From Vezdaea acicularis (Eukaryota): DNA of 64,000 nt. Of this stretch, positions 1 to 14,600 are shown piece by piece (position 1 is the stretch's first letter; every line of letters begins with the position of its first letter). Location: positions 62,001 to 126,000 of the forward strand of contig JAPEUI010000034.1 in the NCBI GenBank assembly GCA_026025075.1, given 5' to 3'. The position numbers and the translations under genes are program-made. The notes under the pieces are model-generated. The model did no database searches, had not been told where the DNA came from, and saw only the letters and a list, made by a program, of their open reading frames with translations.

Positions 1-2545
1 GATCACATTTGTCGAGACAGAAAATCCTTTACCAAACAGATTTTACGGTCCTTTATCAAGAACACCGTCACTCGCGAACCCTGGAATGGCGCGCCATGGC
101 TAGTTAAAAGACCCGAGGCTGAAAAGTATCGTATCGATACTGAAGTCCCCTCCCACTTGTTGCATAGCAACAAAATTGCCGAGAAAAAGGCAACCCTCTC
201 ACAAAAAAAATTTGTCACCAACGGAGCCCAGGTCGACGGCATTGGCTCGATACAGCGGTATCCAGAGCTTAAGCCGGCCACAAAAAGTCATAAGCGCAAG
301 CTCACTCAGGCTGAAAAGCAGTTCATTGCTCAGAACAAATATACTCAGTATCAGGTATATCAGCAATCACTTCCGTCATCGGCGAGTCTACCAATTCAAT
401 CCACAACAGCAAACGAACACCAATTCATTCATTTCCACAGCACCTTCCCTAATCTTGCACCACTGGCCGCGAAGAACATGCCGAAACCTTCTCTCGCCCC
501 GCAGGTCAAATATCCCGTCGATGATCTCGAGGTGCCTCTTTCTCACGACGGCGTACATCGGCCATCACTCAAGTATCTATCGCAGGATACACCTACCGAC
601 AGTGCTGCCAGTAGTAACGGGATCTTCATGAGCTCCGTTGGTGCCCTTCTAGAGACGTGGGATACGCTCAACGTTTATTGTGAGATCTTCAAGCTCGATT
701 CCTTCACCTTTGACGACTACATCGAGGCTTTGCAAGTTACATCCGAAGGTGTGGAATGCGAACTCTTCGTGGAGATTCATTGCGCTGTTCTCAGCCTTCT
801 TGTCGATGAGGCTGGCAAAGGCGGAAAGATCAATGTCTCTTTGCCGGAGCTTCCAGTCGAAGAGAGCAGCGAGGAAGAAGATGACACTGAGATGAGTGCT
901 GTGCCTACTCCCACGCCTGAACCGGAAGTCAAACCGTCAGGCCGGAGGACACGAAGTAGTCTTCTGAAAGAGGATGTCGATCATGTCAAGCCAAGCAAAA
1001 GCCGCTCCGCTACTGCGGAAATCAAAGTTCACAGGGCGGCCGAGATGCTAGAGGACGAAGAATGGATAGAAAGGCTTCGAAAGCGTAATTTCAGAAACGG
1101 TGGTTGGGAGTTCATCATCGTTGGTCTCCTACACCAGCTGTCTCTGAAGCCAAAAGACAAACAAGAATATGAAGCCATCTTAGCCAACTTAGCTCCGACT
1201 GACAAAGAGCCTACCCAGGATACTGTTCGAAAGCAATATGCCAGCTTGGACATCAACTTACGCGTTCGCATCTTGCAAATACTTTGTCTGCTCACTGTCG
1301 AAACGAAGGCTATCCGAGGCTATATGGAAGAGTGTAGTGAAGAAATGACCGGTTTTCGGAAGGAAAAAATCGATTGGCAGCGAGCCCGTAAACAAGCGTA
1401 AGCAATGCCCTTTAAGTCTTTCTATTGAGTAGTTATTGACAGCTGTTAGCATGGAGGAGCTACGCCAGCTTGACGATGAACGGAAGATTCTTCTTCCAGA
1501 CAACTCACCACCATCACCAGGTCCCGTACCAGAGACTAATGGCGACACGAAAATGAGTGGAATGGAAGAAGATGAAGGGGACGATGAAGATGCCGAAAGT
1601 GATGATGAGGAGCCACACAAAGGTCACTCCCTCCGCCGAGGCCTAGATCGAGCCGCAGAAAGAAAGCGTAAACGCGAGGAGGAGAAAGAGAAGAAGGAGA
1701 AAGCTGAAGCCGCTGCAAAGGTGCCGAAGGTATCGAATGAATTCAAAAGGATTCTTAAAGAGATAGAAAAGAAAAAAGAGAAAATTAAAGAGTGCGAGGA
1801 GGAAATTGCAATACTAGACAACGATCTCCGCGAAGCAGACTGTCCGCGCACTAGATGCCTTGGTAAGGACCGTTTCTGGAACCGTTATTACTGGTTCGAA
1901 CGAAATGGGATGCCCTATGGCGGATTGCCGGAAAGCTCCACAGCTGACGCAAACTACGCAAATGGCTGCCTCTGGGTACAGGGCCCAGACGATATTGAAC
2001 GTGAAGGCTTTATCGATGTCTCCGAAGAAGAGAATCGTGCCTATAAGAAGAAATACCAGTTGACCATTCCTGAGCGCAAGAAGCAAGAGGAAGGTCTTAC
2101 GAGCGTATTCACTGCTCGGCAATGGGGCTTCTACGATGAACCGGACTCACTTGACATGCTCATTGGATGGCTTGACATTCGAGGCGTTAGGGAGCTAAAG
2201 TTACGCAAGGAGCTTCAATTGCAGCGTGAGAAGATCAGCACCCACATGCGTCATCGCAAGGAGTATCTCGCCCAATTCGGCGAGAAGAACGGTTATGAGG
2301 ACATCCCAGCAACTAGGGTTTCCACGCGTACCAAGACTTATGTCGATACCAACGTTTACCGCTGCTTGACTTGGCAGAATGGCACAGCTGTCAAGGAGCT
2401 CGGGCATCTCCACTCTGAGCCACCTCGTGCAAGGAACAGCAAACTTAAGAAGAATGCTGTGGCTGAAGCTGATCGGGAGACGAGAAGCACAACTAACCGG
2501 CAGGGCAAACCTTTGAGTCGCCAGGGCGGACGATATACCTTCTGA
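1..2545 (+). CDS. ITC1: ISWI (Isw2) chromatin-remodelling complex subunit Itc1 (DDT/WHIM/WSD domains), 5'-truncated by the window
   Basis: DDT-like LLETWDTLNVYCEIFKLDSFTFDDY, WHIM1 region YASLDINLRVRILQIL, WSD motif LGKDRFWNRYYWFE...WLDIRGVRELKL; one GT-AG intron at about 1398-1449 joins ORFs 157-1401 and 1436-2545. Confidence 0.9.
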
Positions 2546-4057
2546 ACCGTATCTCCTTGTACCTCTACGATCTCGGCAGGTTTGCTATACGAATCTCTCA
2601 CGCCTTCAACGGAACCTCTCTCGGACCCTCTCACCCATTGTGCAGAAACATGTGCACACAACGTCTTGTTTATAACCTTGTACACTACCTCCAGCTCTTC
2701 AGCCATCTGTACATAGTGTCTCGAGGGCAAAACTTTGTTTTGATGTGATATTGATGGGGGGGATGCGTGGCATGCATTATATTGGTCACAGACCCTATGG
2801 GCGGTTGGCGTGGTGGGTCGGTGCCGGAGTATAGGGCATTGCATGGAGGCTCTTTACCTGCACGAATCAAAACAAATGAGAGATCTACATTTGATATTTA
2901 AGCGCTTGCCCTGCCTTTTAAATCGAAATGTGAACCTGCGACTTTGTGAGGATTGCTCATCTTGACTCAACTCTAACTGCTCGCCAAGGCATGATGCAAG
3001 AGTAGAGTCGAATGCTTCCCCTTTACATAAAAGTTGTCACCGCACCACCGAGAGACACCCTCATACGTAATGTCGTCACGACGATCATCCGGCTCATTCC
3101 CCTTTGGCCTGCCTCAACTCTATTCGAACTACCCTTTCTGCTCGACCCGCACTAATGCATTTTCCGCTCATTCTCCAGCACGGAGTCAGCTTTCCCCAAA
3201 GGTCCTCTCGACGCCCACTTACCCACAGCATCCGGAGCAAGTCTAGGACCTCGGGCCTAGTGCTTCTCTCAGAGCTGCAGCATTGCTTCGTGCTACAACA
3301 TCCCACCATTTATGAAGTTAAAAGAGCCGTCTTGACTTTGAGGCCATAAGATTTCTCGTCTCCGCGCGTGGCCTGATCAACGGGGAGGAGCAGCCGCTTC
3401 CCAAAAGTAGCACTCTTTCGCATTTAGAGATGAATTTGGCATTGGAGGTCTCCCTAGAAGCGCTCATGTCCTCAACGATTAGCTTCGTGAGAACTTCGAA
3501 ATTCAGGCTTAGCCGTGATCATGCGTGCAAGCCGTAGTTATCGCTGTTGGACCGGTGTGTACACTGCGGGTGTTTCTCGGAAAGCGCTGGATTGGCGTAA
3601 GAAGTGGCGTGCGGTCTGGCCGCGGATGCAGGTTGAAGAGGTGACAGTGCAGGCATAGGCGCTACGTATGCTAGTATAGGTGCATCGAGGCGTGGTTTTC
3701 TAGACATTTAGTATGGTGAGAGACACGAGAATGGGTGGGAGAAGGGGTGACGAGCAGAAGTAGGACCTGTATCACTAGCGCGTAAGGGGAGTTGTTCTGG
3801 ATGTTTCATTGGGGATTGAGAAGTTGAGGAGGACGCATATTGGAATGTGTAGTTGCCTGATCCCGTGGAGCCTAATAGAACTCTGTTGAGGTAAACGAAA
3901 GAAAGTGCAAAGGACGACTATAGTCATCCTCCGTTCTTGGTGGAAGAGGATTGAAATGTGAAATATGTAGTTAAGTACAATAAAACCCCCGACCAAGAGA
4001 ACCCAGGCCGTGATAAGCACCGTCAAATGCGCCGCCAAGTCCTATATAGCACATTCT

Positions 4058-7000
4058 CTACCGCTTTGCTTTTACACTCTTTTTGCTAGACAAAAGCCCA
4101 CCTTCGGGCCGCACGCTTTGCATCTCACCGTACCGACCTCTCTCACGCGTGGTGTCATATGCTTGTAGAACTCTAGTTTGACTTTCGTCGGCTTGAGAGA
4201 AGGCGTAACCACGCTGCTTACGCATCCGCTGGACTTGGCGCACTTTGCGGATCGCTTTTTGGAACTGCTCCATCCGTGGCCGGTAGTCTTGGATGTTGTA
4301 TTTCTGGATTTCTTGGATGTGATGGTAGGTTTGCGGATAGTACATGCGTTTCGCACTGAGGAAACGATCAATAAATAGAGCTGATAGAAAAGGGGTTTGA
4401 TAGGGAAGGGGCCTTACTATTTCCATGCGAAGTCCCGCATGAGGCATAAAGGGGGGAGTACAAGAGCCATGAGCCAGAAGATTGGACTAGTGAACAGTCG
4501 TGGCAGAAGTCCTTCATATTCATCAACACCAATGTGGGGTCCCAATGTTCCCCAAATGGGCAAGAACACTATCCAGATAATCATGCTACCTGGGATCGCC
4601 AAAACGGTATACTTTGTCCAGATATTTGTCACCAGTGCTGCTTTCCCGAGAACTGTCAACAAAGCTGCAGTATATAACGCGCTTCCCCAGACCCAATGGC
4701 CCGCAGTCTTACCATCGCCCTGAGGGAGGTCATATGCCCAAATCCACTCTGAGGCGAAGTACAGAATAAGCGAATGGTAGAAACCGTTGATGATCCAGGA
4801 GAAGAACGAGTGCATCTTGAAGAAGACACCCTTCTGTCCGAGTTGATAGAGCTGCGGATAGCGGTCGAGGAGACGGGCACTGATAAATTGATCGAAGATG
4901 CCCATAGCAAGAGGGGGGAGGACGGTGAAAAAGACGTTGTAGAAAGATAGGGTCCAGGATTCATAAATGACTTCGCCAGAGAAGGAGTTTTGGAATGAGT
5001 ACTATGGGCACAGAAATCTTAGTCAAGCTGATGTGAAACCACATAACAGAGGGGGGTACGAACCCAGAACTGCGTCATATACAGAGCAATATTCTTATAG
5101 AAAGAGTATAAGATGACTTTGCTGACGCGCTGGTAGCTCCATGCACCATGTACTAATAGCAGCTTGCGTAGGTATCGAAATTGGCCAATTGCCACATCTG
5201 CACTTCGAGCAGCTTGCAGGCCTTCGACACCACTGATACCAACACCAACGTGAGCGGCTTGAATCATGGAAACGTCGTTCGCTCCATCACCAATAGCCAG
5301 TAGGATTGCTTTGAGATGGCGCTTCACCAGCTTAACAACTAGGGCTTTCTGGAGAGGCGATACACGGCTGGAAATTGTTAGAAGTTGAATGGTAAAGATA
5401 TTGAACAGCACCTACCAACAGATGACAGCCTTGCACATCACAGCTAGATCCAAGAACTGCCTCTCCAAATCTTTCTCAAGCGCGAATGTCAACGATTTGC
5501 CGTCGATAACGAGCGCCAGCGTTTCCATCTCAACCCCGCCTCCCATCTGCGATCTTACTGCGGCCAACTTCTTCTCAATATCAGCCCGCGTGGCTGAGGC
5601 AGACTCCTCGTTGATGATCAACAATGTCATGTCTTCGCTGATAAGCTTGCAACTCATACCAATGTTAATAGCCGTCTCTTGTCGGTCGCCAGTCAAGACC
5701 CAAACTTTTATGCCTGCGGTCTGTAGCGTGTGGATTGTATCTGGCACACCGTCCTGAAGCCGATCCTCGATAGCCGTCGCCCCCAAGAAGAAGAAGTCAT
5801 GCTCAATAAGCTCGGCAGCCTTATCCAATTCATCGGCACGATTGCCACTAACAGTGGTTTGTGCAGCATCAAAGATCTGCCACCATTCCTTGAACTCCGC
5901 GTCCGAAATTTCTCGCATGGCTAAGCAAAGCGTCCTCAGTCCATCAGATGCATAGTCTTCAAGATGCTGCAGCGTAGTCTCCACGACAGGGTTTTCCTTC
6001 CCTAGGCGCTCGAGTATCACTGTATCAGCTCCTTTACAATAACACCGTATCTTTCCGTCAGGACACCTGAAAATTGTAGACATCCTTTTTCGGGTAGAGT
6101 TGAATTCGCAAACTGCCAGCAGCTCATATTCGTATTCAACTCCCTCTACCGTGATCGTGACTGATCGTGGTTTTCGTGCTGTGAAGACATAGCCAAGTTC
6201 GACGGCACCTTCTACTAATGCTCCTTCATCTGGGGAAGCAGCCTGATACTTGATTTCACCCGGCTTTTCGTCCTTCTTCTCTGGAATGACTGTATGGCAG
6301 GTCGACAGGAGAGCTAGAAAGTGATGTATGACTTCACTTGTCTCATGGTTTTTCAGGTTGTGCCTTAGCCTTGCGAAATCATGAATTCCGACCTCTACCC
6401 CGTCTTGCATCGTCGCCCTCTGGTCTTCCGGCACTTCATCGGCATATTGTATACCACCAATAGAGCACTGCTTGAATTCCATCTGGTTGCAAGTTAAGGT
6501 CCCTGTCTTATCCGAAAAGATATATTCAATCTGTCCCAGCTCTTCTACCAAGCTGGAGGTCCTACATGTCGCAGGAGTATCGGTCTTATCGTAATAGATG
6601 TCGAGATCGGAGTTTATAAGGAAGGCATGGTAGGATTTGACTATTTCGATAGTGACGAAGAGAGAGATTGGAACAAGATTAGAATACAGGACCCAGTAAG
6701 TGAGGATATCGGCGAAAAATTGACCGGCGGCATTGTACTTGCCGTAGACGAGGTATGCCAGCTTGCTCGAAGCAGTAGACCTAACAATTAGATCCCCTAT
6801 TGAGGAGACTAGACTCAAGCAAAGTAAGATTGCGACAAGCATGACGATTTGCATGTTCAGCATTCTCTCAACAGCCGTTCGCTTTATAGGTGTAGCAGTT
6901 GCATTTCGCATCAGCTTTGTTTCATGGCCTGTGAAGATGACCGCCCCATGGATCCAAGGGGTATTCCTCAGAGTAGCGCCTCGAAGTAGCAGCTGGTCTG

Positions 7001-8354
7001 GCTGTAACGGCAACTCTTTCTCGCCACCACCGGCTTGCATCGTGAGAGTAGCCTCGAAGGTATAGAGACTGCTGTTCGGCTGTTCAGACTTTATTCGTCC
7101 ACCTAGTCGACTCAACTCGGTCGGGCTAACAAAGTGTGCTGTCTCTGGAATGGCCTGCTTGATCTTCAGGTTCGTCTCGCCGTCCAAATTTGCAGTCTCA
7201 ATGTAACACAGTCCTTCGGGCTCTGACGAAGCCAGAAGGACCAAGTCAGCTGGAAATGGGTGCTCCGATTCCACTCGAACAATATCACCGACCGCTACGT
7301 TAACCCATTTCGTATCTTCAAAACTAGACCCCTTTAAGACCTGTGCTCGTGAATGATTCAGAGATTTGTCCGAGGATTTTCTCTTCCAATCTTCGACAAG
7401 CTCCTTCCCTGCAGAGACTAGCAACACCAATATCAAGGGGCCGATCGTTGTATACTTGTTTGTCGGTGAGATATTCGGAATCTGCTGTAAGGCGGCAGTG
7501 AACAAGAAAAACAAGTTGGCGTACTTCGAGAATTGTTCGTAGAGGAACTTCGGGACAAACGTCGCGACATTGTATTTTGCGGTTGATACATGATTGTCAA
7601 AATAACCGTTCGCTGCATTGGCAGGTGGGTTGTTCAGATGAATTATCCGTGGTCCAAGTGTCGATGGATCAGGTTTTCCTCGTCCGAACCCAAACTTGAA
7701 TTTTCCGGCTGAAGATTTCTTGGGGGGCTTAGACGTTGCGGTATCGTCAGTCCCAGCAGTATCAACCCTCGGCCTGTTGGCCCCAGCTTCCGTCAATGGC
7801 AAATCCATCTCTGAGTACTCTGGTCCCATCCCAAGCATATTCTTCGCTTTGCCCATGATCCCACCTCCCAAGCTTAAAACGCTGTTTCGATCCCGTTTAG
7901 AACGCCCACCTGTGTGCGGGCCTGCTGACCCAGAGACACCCTCATGCTGGTAATAACCACCCTGCATAGACCGCTCATCGTCCGGGAAGTCGTCGAAGTC
8001 AGAGTACCGTTGGTAATTATTTAGTCCCGAAGTCTGCGAATAAGTCCGGTTTGGTCCCCCTTCCAAGTATGGCTGACGAAGATTTCCAGGAGCTGTAGAG
8101 CCTGGACCTCCCGGAAGTCCTGATGGTGGCCCCGTTGGACGGCCTGAGCCTCCTACGAAATCATCATAGGAAGTAGAGGCGCGAGAGGGGTTATCCTCGG
8201 CATGGGACGTGTTATATCGTTGCAGGAGGGTATCATCGTCGTTCGTTGGTGGTCTTCCTGAGCTATATACAGGCTGCGATTCCTCGAGATCTAATAACGG
8301 AGAGTCGTTATTGTGTGGTTGATCCCTGCGGTCTCCGGCGGGCCTTCCCGCCAT
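4058..8354 (-). CDS. DRS2: P4-type phospholipid-translocating ATPase (flippase) Drs2
   Basis: [24 protein letters not shown] and [10 protein letters not shown] motifs plus C-terminal GYAFSQ; three short introns near 5.4, 5.0 and 4.4 kb. Confidence 0.96.
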
Positions 8355-9026
8355 ATCGGCGAGGGGGCAGGACAGAAAGTTGACACCGTCGCGAGGTCAG
8401 GAGGGGGTGCTCGTCACTGGTCATAGATCGCAATTCATCAAGTGTGGTGCATCCGAAGCAAATAGCGTGGTCGCATCCCTTATGAGGTGAAAGAGATGAA
8501 GGCCGTGGTGGTACCTCCACGATGCTGACAGAGGCTGTGTTTAGCTCGACAAGGGATTGACGTTTTCCTGACCCGATTCTCCAGGTTTGTCTTTCGAAGC
8601 GGCGGCGTTCTTGCGCGTCTCGCTAGCAAGCCGTGAAGAGGGAGCTCTTCAAATTGCAAATGAATCAAGCCGGCTTTGATCAGAATATAAGAGGGCTCAA
8701 ACTGCTGTACATGTGACCGGATAAATCTCCGATACGTGAAAACTTGTCAATTAACTGATCGGGTGCGGACTACGTAGTCACGGTGCGCCTGTTACCAGCC
8801 TTGTCTACACTTGCCTCCTGCCTCCTGTCTCACTTGCTATTTTCGGCGCCAAGGGTCAGCATGAGCACCCCAGCTTTTTGCCGAACGAACATCATCCTGC
8901 CTCGCTAGTAAACGCCTCATATTCCATGCCAAAACTGCCACAAGTAATCGACAAGATATTCTCTTACCAACCTTTAACGGACTTTATTCATAGTACTGTG
9001 CATCATCCAGCGTACTCCTTCTCGAC

Positions 9027-9490
9027 ATGGTCTGTGCCAAATGTCAAAAAATATCGACGACACCGCTAGCCACACCAGGCGTTAAGAGGAAAAATGAGAT
9101 GTATTATGGCTCCCCTGCGAAAAAGGAGGAGAGAGCATCGGCTACACTAGGCCACAATGGCGTTGGCAAGGTATTCAACAGTCTCTCCGCATATATCTCA
9201 CCATAGCCTGCTCACATGGAAAACTACAGAGCAAACTCCTAAGCAAATCCGCAAAGAACCCATACGCCGCCTATTCCTCATCTTGTGAGACCTGCAAGAC
9301 AAAGGTTGATCAAGGGAGGAAGTACTGCCATCGTTGTGCCTATAAAGCGAATGGTATGGCATGGCACTCCCAAGACGAAGCTTCTGAAGCTGACTTCATC
9401 CTAGCCTGTGCCATGTGCGGAAAAAGGGACAAGGCTAAAACAGGCGCAGCTGCTCCTTTGGTTGAGGGCCAAAAGTTCTCTGCGAAATAG
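9027..9490 (+). CDS. CRIPT: CRIPT-family cysteine-rich PDZ-binding protein (3 exons; missed by the ORF track)
   Basis: Manual splice: MVCAKCQKISTTPLATPGVKRKNEMYYG...GVGK|SKLLSKSAKNPYAAYSSSCETCKTKVDQGRKYCHRCAYKAN|ACAMCGK...FSAK*; canonical GT-AG introns. Confidence 0.9.
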
Positions 9491-9726
9491 GAATGGTGGG
9501 TAATGTCAATAATGAGTACATGAGAGCATGGACCAATGCATAAGGAGGTTTGGCGTTGTGGTTACATTTGTTTCCCCACGTTTGTGCATAGAGCATAGCA
9601 GTATAGTCGTTACCCTTGGTAACCTCCTTTGGCAGTCGCTCAGACATTTGACTGTTCTATACATTAGTCCCATGTTTTGATGCCGCTATCGGTTGGTTTT
9701 TGCACGCACACACGAGCCTCACCCCG

Positions 9727-10863
9727 TCATTGCTCTGCAATAGTACCTCGGACGGCATTCCAGTAGTGCGCGCCCACAGCACTCTGTAACTCTTCCCGAC
9801 ACAGCCACCTGAAATCTAATAATCCCAATCTATTGTCTTTCAGGTTCGCCTGCCCAGCCATGATCCTAGATCTCATGAAGAAAGTCTTCTCACCAAGCAC
9901 ACCGTCGTTCCGGCCTAGTCTACCATATTTGAAGGTCATATGCCCAATCGGATGGTTTCCGATCACCCAGGTGTTCATATTCACGCCACCTGATTGAACT
10001 ATTATTCGCTCAGCGGCCTGCTTACTCGTCAACTTGTCTTCATCGTAGATCTCGCTTCTCGGGAGGACCTACCTGGACCAAACTTTCCTTACCTACGATT
10101 GATGCCGACGGAAATGTCCAGTTTCCCTCCTGGCCTTTAACCACTAGATACAGGTTCCTGTCTAATTTTCTATCCAAGCTCTTCTCGTCACCAGCCTTGT
10201 CTGCTTCTGTGACTCTAGGCATGGGTCCTTCAACTGGAATCCTTGCAGCATCTTCTAGATGTTCCTGTCCTACCGCAGGGACTTCAGCATCTTTTAGTAT
10301 TGCTTCGAGCTGATGATCCGGCTCGCTCTCGGTAGCACCGATAAGAAGCTCGTCATTCCAGCCATCTTTCGAATAAGGATTGTATCGACCAATGTCCCTG
10401 GCTGGCGTTGTACGATCCCTGATTTTACGCTTCCACTCGAAATCCGAGGGTGTTCCTTTTTGAAAGTAAAAGTAGCGAGTGAATGGAAGCGCTAGACGCT
10501 CATTCAGCCGCCGTTGATAGACATAGAAGGCTTTCTCAAAGGGTGTAAGGTCGCGGGTGATTATAGGTGCTCGAGACAGGATCACTCCAGCTTTCACGCG
10601 GTATGTAGGAACAGTAATGTTTGCTTGGGCGACTGGGGTGATATGATTATCTAGAGATAGAGTATCATCTTGCGCTTTTGCTGTTGCTGCTGCTATAGAT
10701 GCATAAGTTCTTGGCGAGGGATTGCGGCGACATTTCTTGCAAGTGCTAGGATTATTGTCGGAGTTTCCTTCCAAAGAAGTCAGCTGCCTGCCTCTAGAGT
10801 GAATATCCTTTACTTACTAATAAAGGTTCTTAACGACCTTGTGGCATTCTGTGTCCTACTCAT
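9727..10863 (-). CDS. MRPL17: Mitochondrial large ribosomal subunit protein mL46 (yeast MrpL17)
   Basis: AGVILSRAPIITRDLTPFEKAFY, RVTEADKAGDEKSLDRKLDRNLYLVV, NTWVIGNHPIGH, KTFFMRSRIMAGQ; Arg-rich presequence exon MSRTQNATRSLRTFI; two introns. Confidence 0.9.
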
Positions 10864-11687
10864 CGCTTGCGGATACTCCTTTGACTTCTGTGATTCTGCA
10901 AACGCGAAAGACTTGGGGAGCGACTTGCCAAGCCGCTAGATTTTTCCGATTCGCTACGCCCAAGAGCTATAAATTCCGGTACATTTTCCAGCCCAGCTCT
11001 TTTTGATATCATGGCATCTATCCTTATCATCAATTGCATCTGATATCTCCACAAGCTACTGATCATTTAAAGGTGCCGAGATGGATCTTGCAGCTTCTTT
11101 TCGCTAGCGGTACCTTCTTTATATCAAGGCGTACGGTTAGATATATGCTGCTGAAATTACTTGATCATTTTCGACTCCCTAGTGGGCATACTCAAAAATT
11201 TTATGCTACTACTAAGTAATGCAGCGAAGATAGCTCATCCTATCGAGCATCATTCGCAGTCTTAGCCGGTCCGTGTGTTTATAAAGCAAAAGCCTCAGGG
11301 ATCAGATAGTGACTGCGGATGAATGTCACTTCTACACGTCGGCGACTCTGAAATTACTACAAACAGGAGTCCATAATTCTATCTCTTTTTTTCTTAACAG
11401 CTGACCCCTTCGGTGCCCCGTATTATGATGGTGTCCTTCTGGCCAGCAGAAGCATTCCCATGCACAAAGCCAAGTGCCGTAATGAACGGTATGTTGCCAT
11501 GCACAAAGCAGACCATGCCCGGCCAAAGTCCCAGAACGCCCTAAAATACAAATACAGCCTTTACAGTCGCCGAATTCATGGTCGGGCAATGCACGCTTTT
11601 TTGACCGTGAAGAAAATCTAGAAGTCAAGACCAGCTCAGTCCGATGAAGCGCATTAAACCCGGGAAAGAACCAAACCCAATGGATGC

Positions 11688-14600
11688 CTAAGCTGCCAAA
11701 GTCTCCGGTATTGAGGTCGGGTGGAGAGTCTCTTCACCAATCTCACCCATAGCTTTCTTTTCCTGGCCAGCCACGTCTTCAAATTCTTTTGAGGGCTCGC
11801 CGCCCAATTGCCTGTTTTCCATCTCTGCCTGGGGCGTCTCAAAGGGAGTTGTACCCTCAGAAACGCTAGCAAAATCTGAATTCTGACCTTCTGAGATCTG
11901 TAAATCTGCTGAACGGGTGTTTGCGTCTGCACCAGCAGCACTCCGGGCAGTCACTATAGACTCAGTGGCAGTCGATTCTGCTGCAGATTCTGACTCGTCC
12001 TCGATGGCTGTTGGAACGAGTAGTTTTGTGTCGTCACCATGCGCTTGCTTACGGAGTCTGATGCGTTCTTCAGGGGACATGGACTGCCACTCTGATCCGA
12101 ATGTGATGACTGATGCCTTCTTACCGTGTACCGTGAAACTACCCGTACCACGCGCCAGACCTTCGGTCTCGTGAGTAGAAGATCCGTCATCGGCAAGTCC
12201 AGCACTGCTTGACGAGTCCTTTCCTCTTTTCCCTCGATGATGTGTTTGGACGTGTGCTTCCCGAAGGGTTCTATGGAGGCTGCGTCGAACTTTTGATCGG
12301 TCTGAAGCTGTCCTCTCTGGAAGGTCAGACTCGCGTTGCGCTGACCACCTTTTGTCTTTGAGCTCGCTCGGGGTCTCAGAGAGCCTAGCTGGTTCGAGTG
12401 GCTTGTTGTGGTTGGCTGCAAGCACTCCCGGAGAGACGAGACCGGTTTCTTTAAGCAATTCTATCTCTCCATCATCGACGCTCGGGTGTCTTGTCGGAAG
12501 CTGGGAGCTTCCTGCCACAGAAACATCTGCATTGCCGTCCCGAGAGCCGACTATGGACTCTTGATGAGCGAGGCTAGCCAGACTGGGGCTTTGTGGCACT
12601 TTGCCTACAACACCTTGAGCTGAACTGATCTGAGGATCAAAAGTAAGGGGTGGCAACTCCCATGTAGGCTGAGCTCTTTGGAAGCTGGATTGACGCGACA
12701 ATTCGGGTGGTGACTGGAAAATATCGTTCATGCCGTACTCCCTCGACCTCGTCGCAGAGGAGCGATGACTCTTTTGCGATGGAGCAACACTCATTCTCGA
12801 ATCGAGCCTCTTCAAACCAGCACTTGACACACTGTGTGGAGACGAAGGAGCAGCCTGAGAGGGTAGCTTCTTCTTTGGATGAGGACTTGTACTGCCAGGG
12901 TCTGCCTCTTCAGCAAGATCAAGGCTAAGAATATCCCTATGACACTGCATCCGCCAGATCTCCATCCTTACCCATTTCAACTTGGCCGCCATCCGCCCTG
13001 CAGCAAGGATTACTTGCTCCCTGCTTTTCGCCTGAACTGGGGCCAAGATCTGTAGATGTCGGGCACTTCTTAATTGGCCGTCCAATTCTTTTCTAGCTGT
13101 CGCAAGCTTTTCGTCCGCTTCACTGATCTTTTGAACCATAATCTGTCGTCTTGCGGCCAGAATCTGCTGCGCAAGTTGTGTATCGATCTTTCCACTTTGA
13201 ATTGTGACCTCGCCAGTAGGGGTCTGTACGGATTTGGTGGAATTACTAGACTCCATCCTGCGAATCGCTCTTGTCCGCTGACCTTCATAATGACCGCCAA
13301 CAACGCCTCGCATCCGTACTCCAGCAGTCCTAAAGGCGGAAGCATAATTAAGTTTGGCCAACCAGTCGTTCACGTCACCCTCGGAATCTGCGAGAAAGGT
13401 TTCCTCAAAGCCTCCGTGGCGAACAAAAATGAATGCGTTCTTATGTTTCTTGTAGCTAGAGTCTCTGAGTGCGACCGCATCGTCTGTTGGCATCAACGCG
13501 TCGGGCTTGAAAGACTCTAGAGGCGGCTTAAAGATACATGGCATACCAGCGTTTCCTTGTTTTAGATGGGCATCGTACTGATGCATAAGATTCTTAGTCC
13601 ATGCAGTATTACGAAAGAAATAGAGCTGGGTCCCGGTGAGGATGGCTCCCCACTCTTGCCAAGGTGACCGAGCTTTCTTCTTTTTGGGATCTTTGCGCCA
13701 GAGTATGCCTACTCTAGTAATTTTGATATCTACTACACCGGCAGAGGCTTCTTCCGGATTTGAGATTGTTGAGGGTGACATGAATGCTTCGGGCCGAGAC
13801 CGAGCAGATACTATCTGTAGTACTGCTGTCTTGAAGAAAGTGTCTTGAAGGTTTTGCAAATTCAATGATTCTGCAGTTCCAAGGTAGCTATACGGATCTT
13901 CAAGCTCCATAACGTCCCCAAGATTTGGCCGTAAGATATCTAGCTTGTTATCGAGAATAAGCGTATATGGATCTACGGGCTCTCTTGGTGCTCTTTTAAG
14001 TGGATCTACGCTTCCTTTTGGGAAGAATATCTTACGAGACCGGTGTGGGTTGAGCCTCTCGCCATTATGGTCTAAGTCATCTTCCACGTGAATGAACGGC
14101 GTATATGATATATTATCATAAAAACATTCTAAGATGTCTTCAGCAATCCCTTCGCCTCGTGTGTTCTTAATGTAGTCTTGCTTCTGCATCTTATGCTTAT
14201 TGTTTTTGTTGAAGACGTCAGTGTGCAGGATGAGTAATGAGAACGCGATGAAGTATGCCTGGTCTGGGCAGGATTAGTCGGCTCTCATAACTCCCCGTCC
14301 CTAGCCCTAAGACAAACGTACCTGCAGATATGTATATTCCAGGGTTGCACTCATGATATCGATCTGCAAAGCCCTGTAGTACCCTATCAATCTGTTGTGT
14401 CTCCTTGGGTAGCTCTACCTCCATTAGGAGCTTCCTAATTGCCATATCCATTGGATTCTCGAAGAAAGCGAAACCACGCATGTAACTTCGTAAGACTGCC
14501 TTATGAAATGTTTCGGTAGATTTGGACAGCACGCTAGCAATGACGCTACGGCTGACAGCCTCTTGGAGTCGCACCAAATATTTGCTAGGAGGCTCGTCCC

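Noticed and set aside
2546..4057. Hidden gene or ncRNA between ITC1 and DRS2
   Set aside because: No recognisable protein, tRNA, snoRNA or telomerase-template motif; likely convergent 3' UTRs
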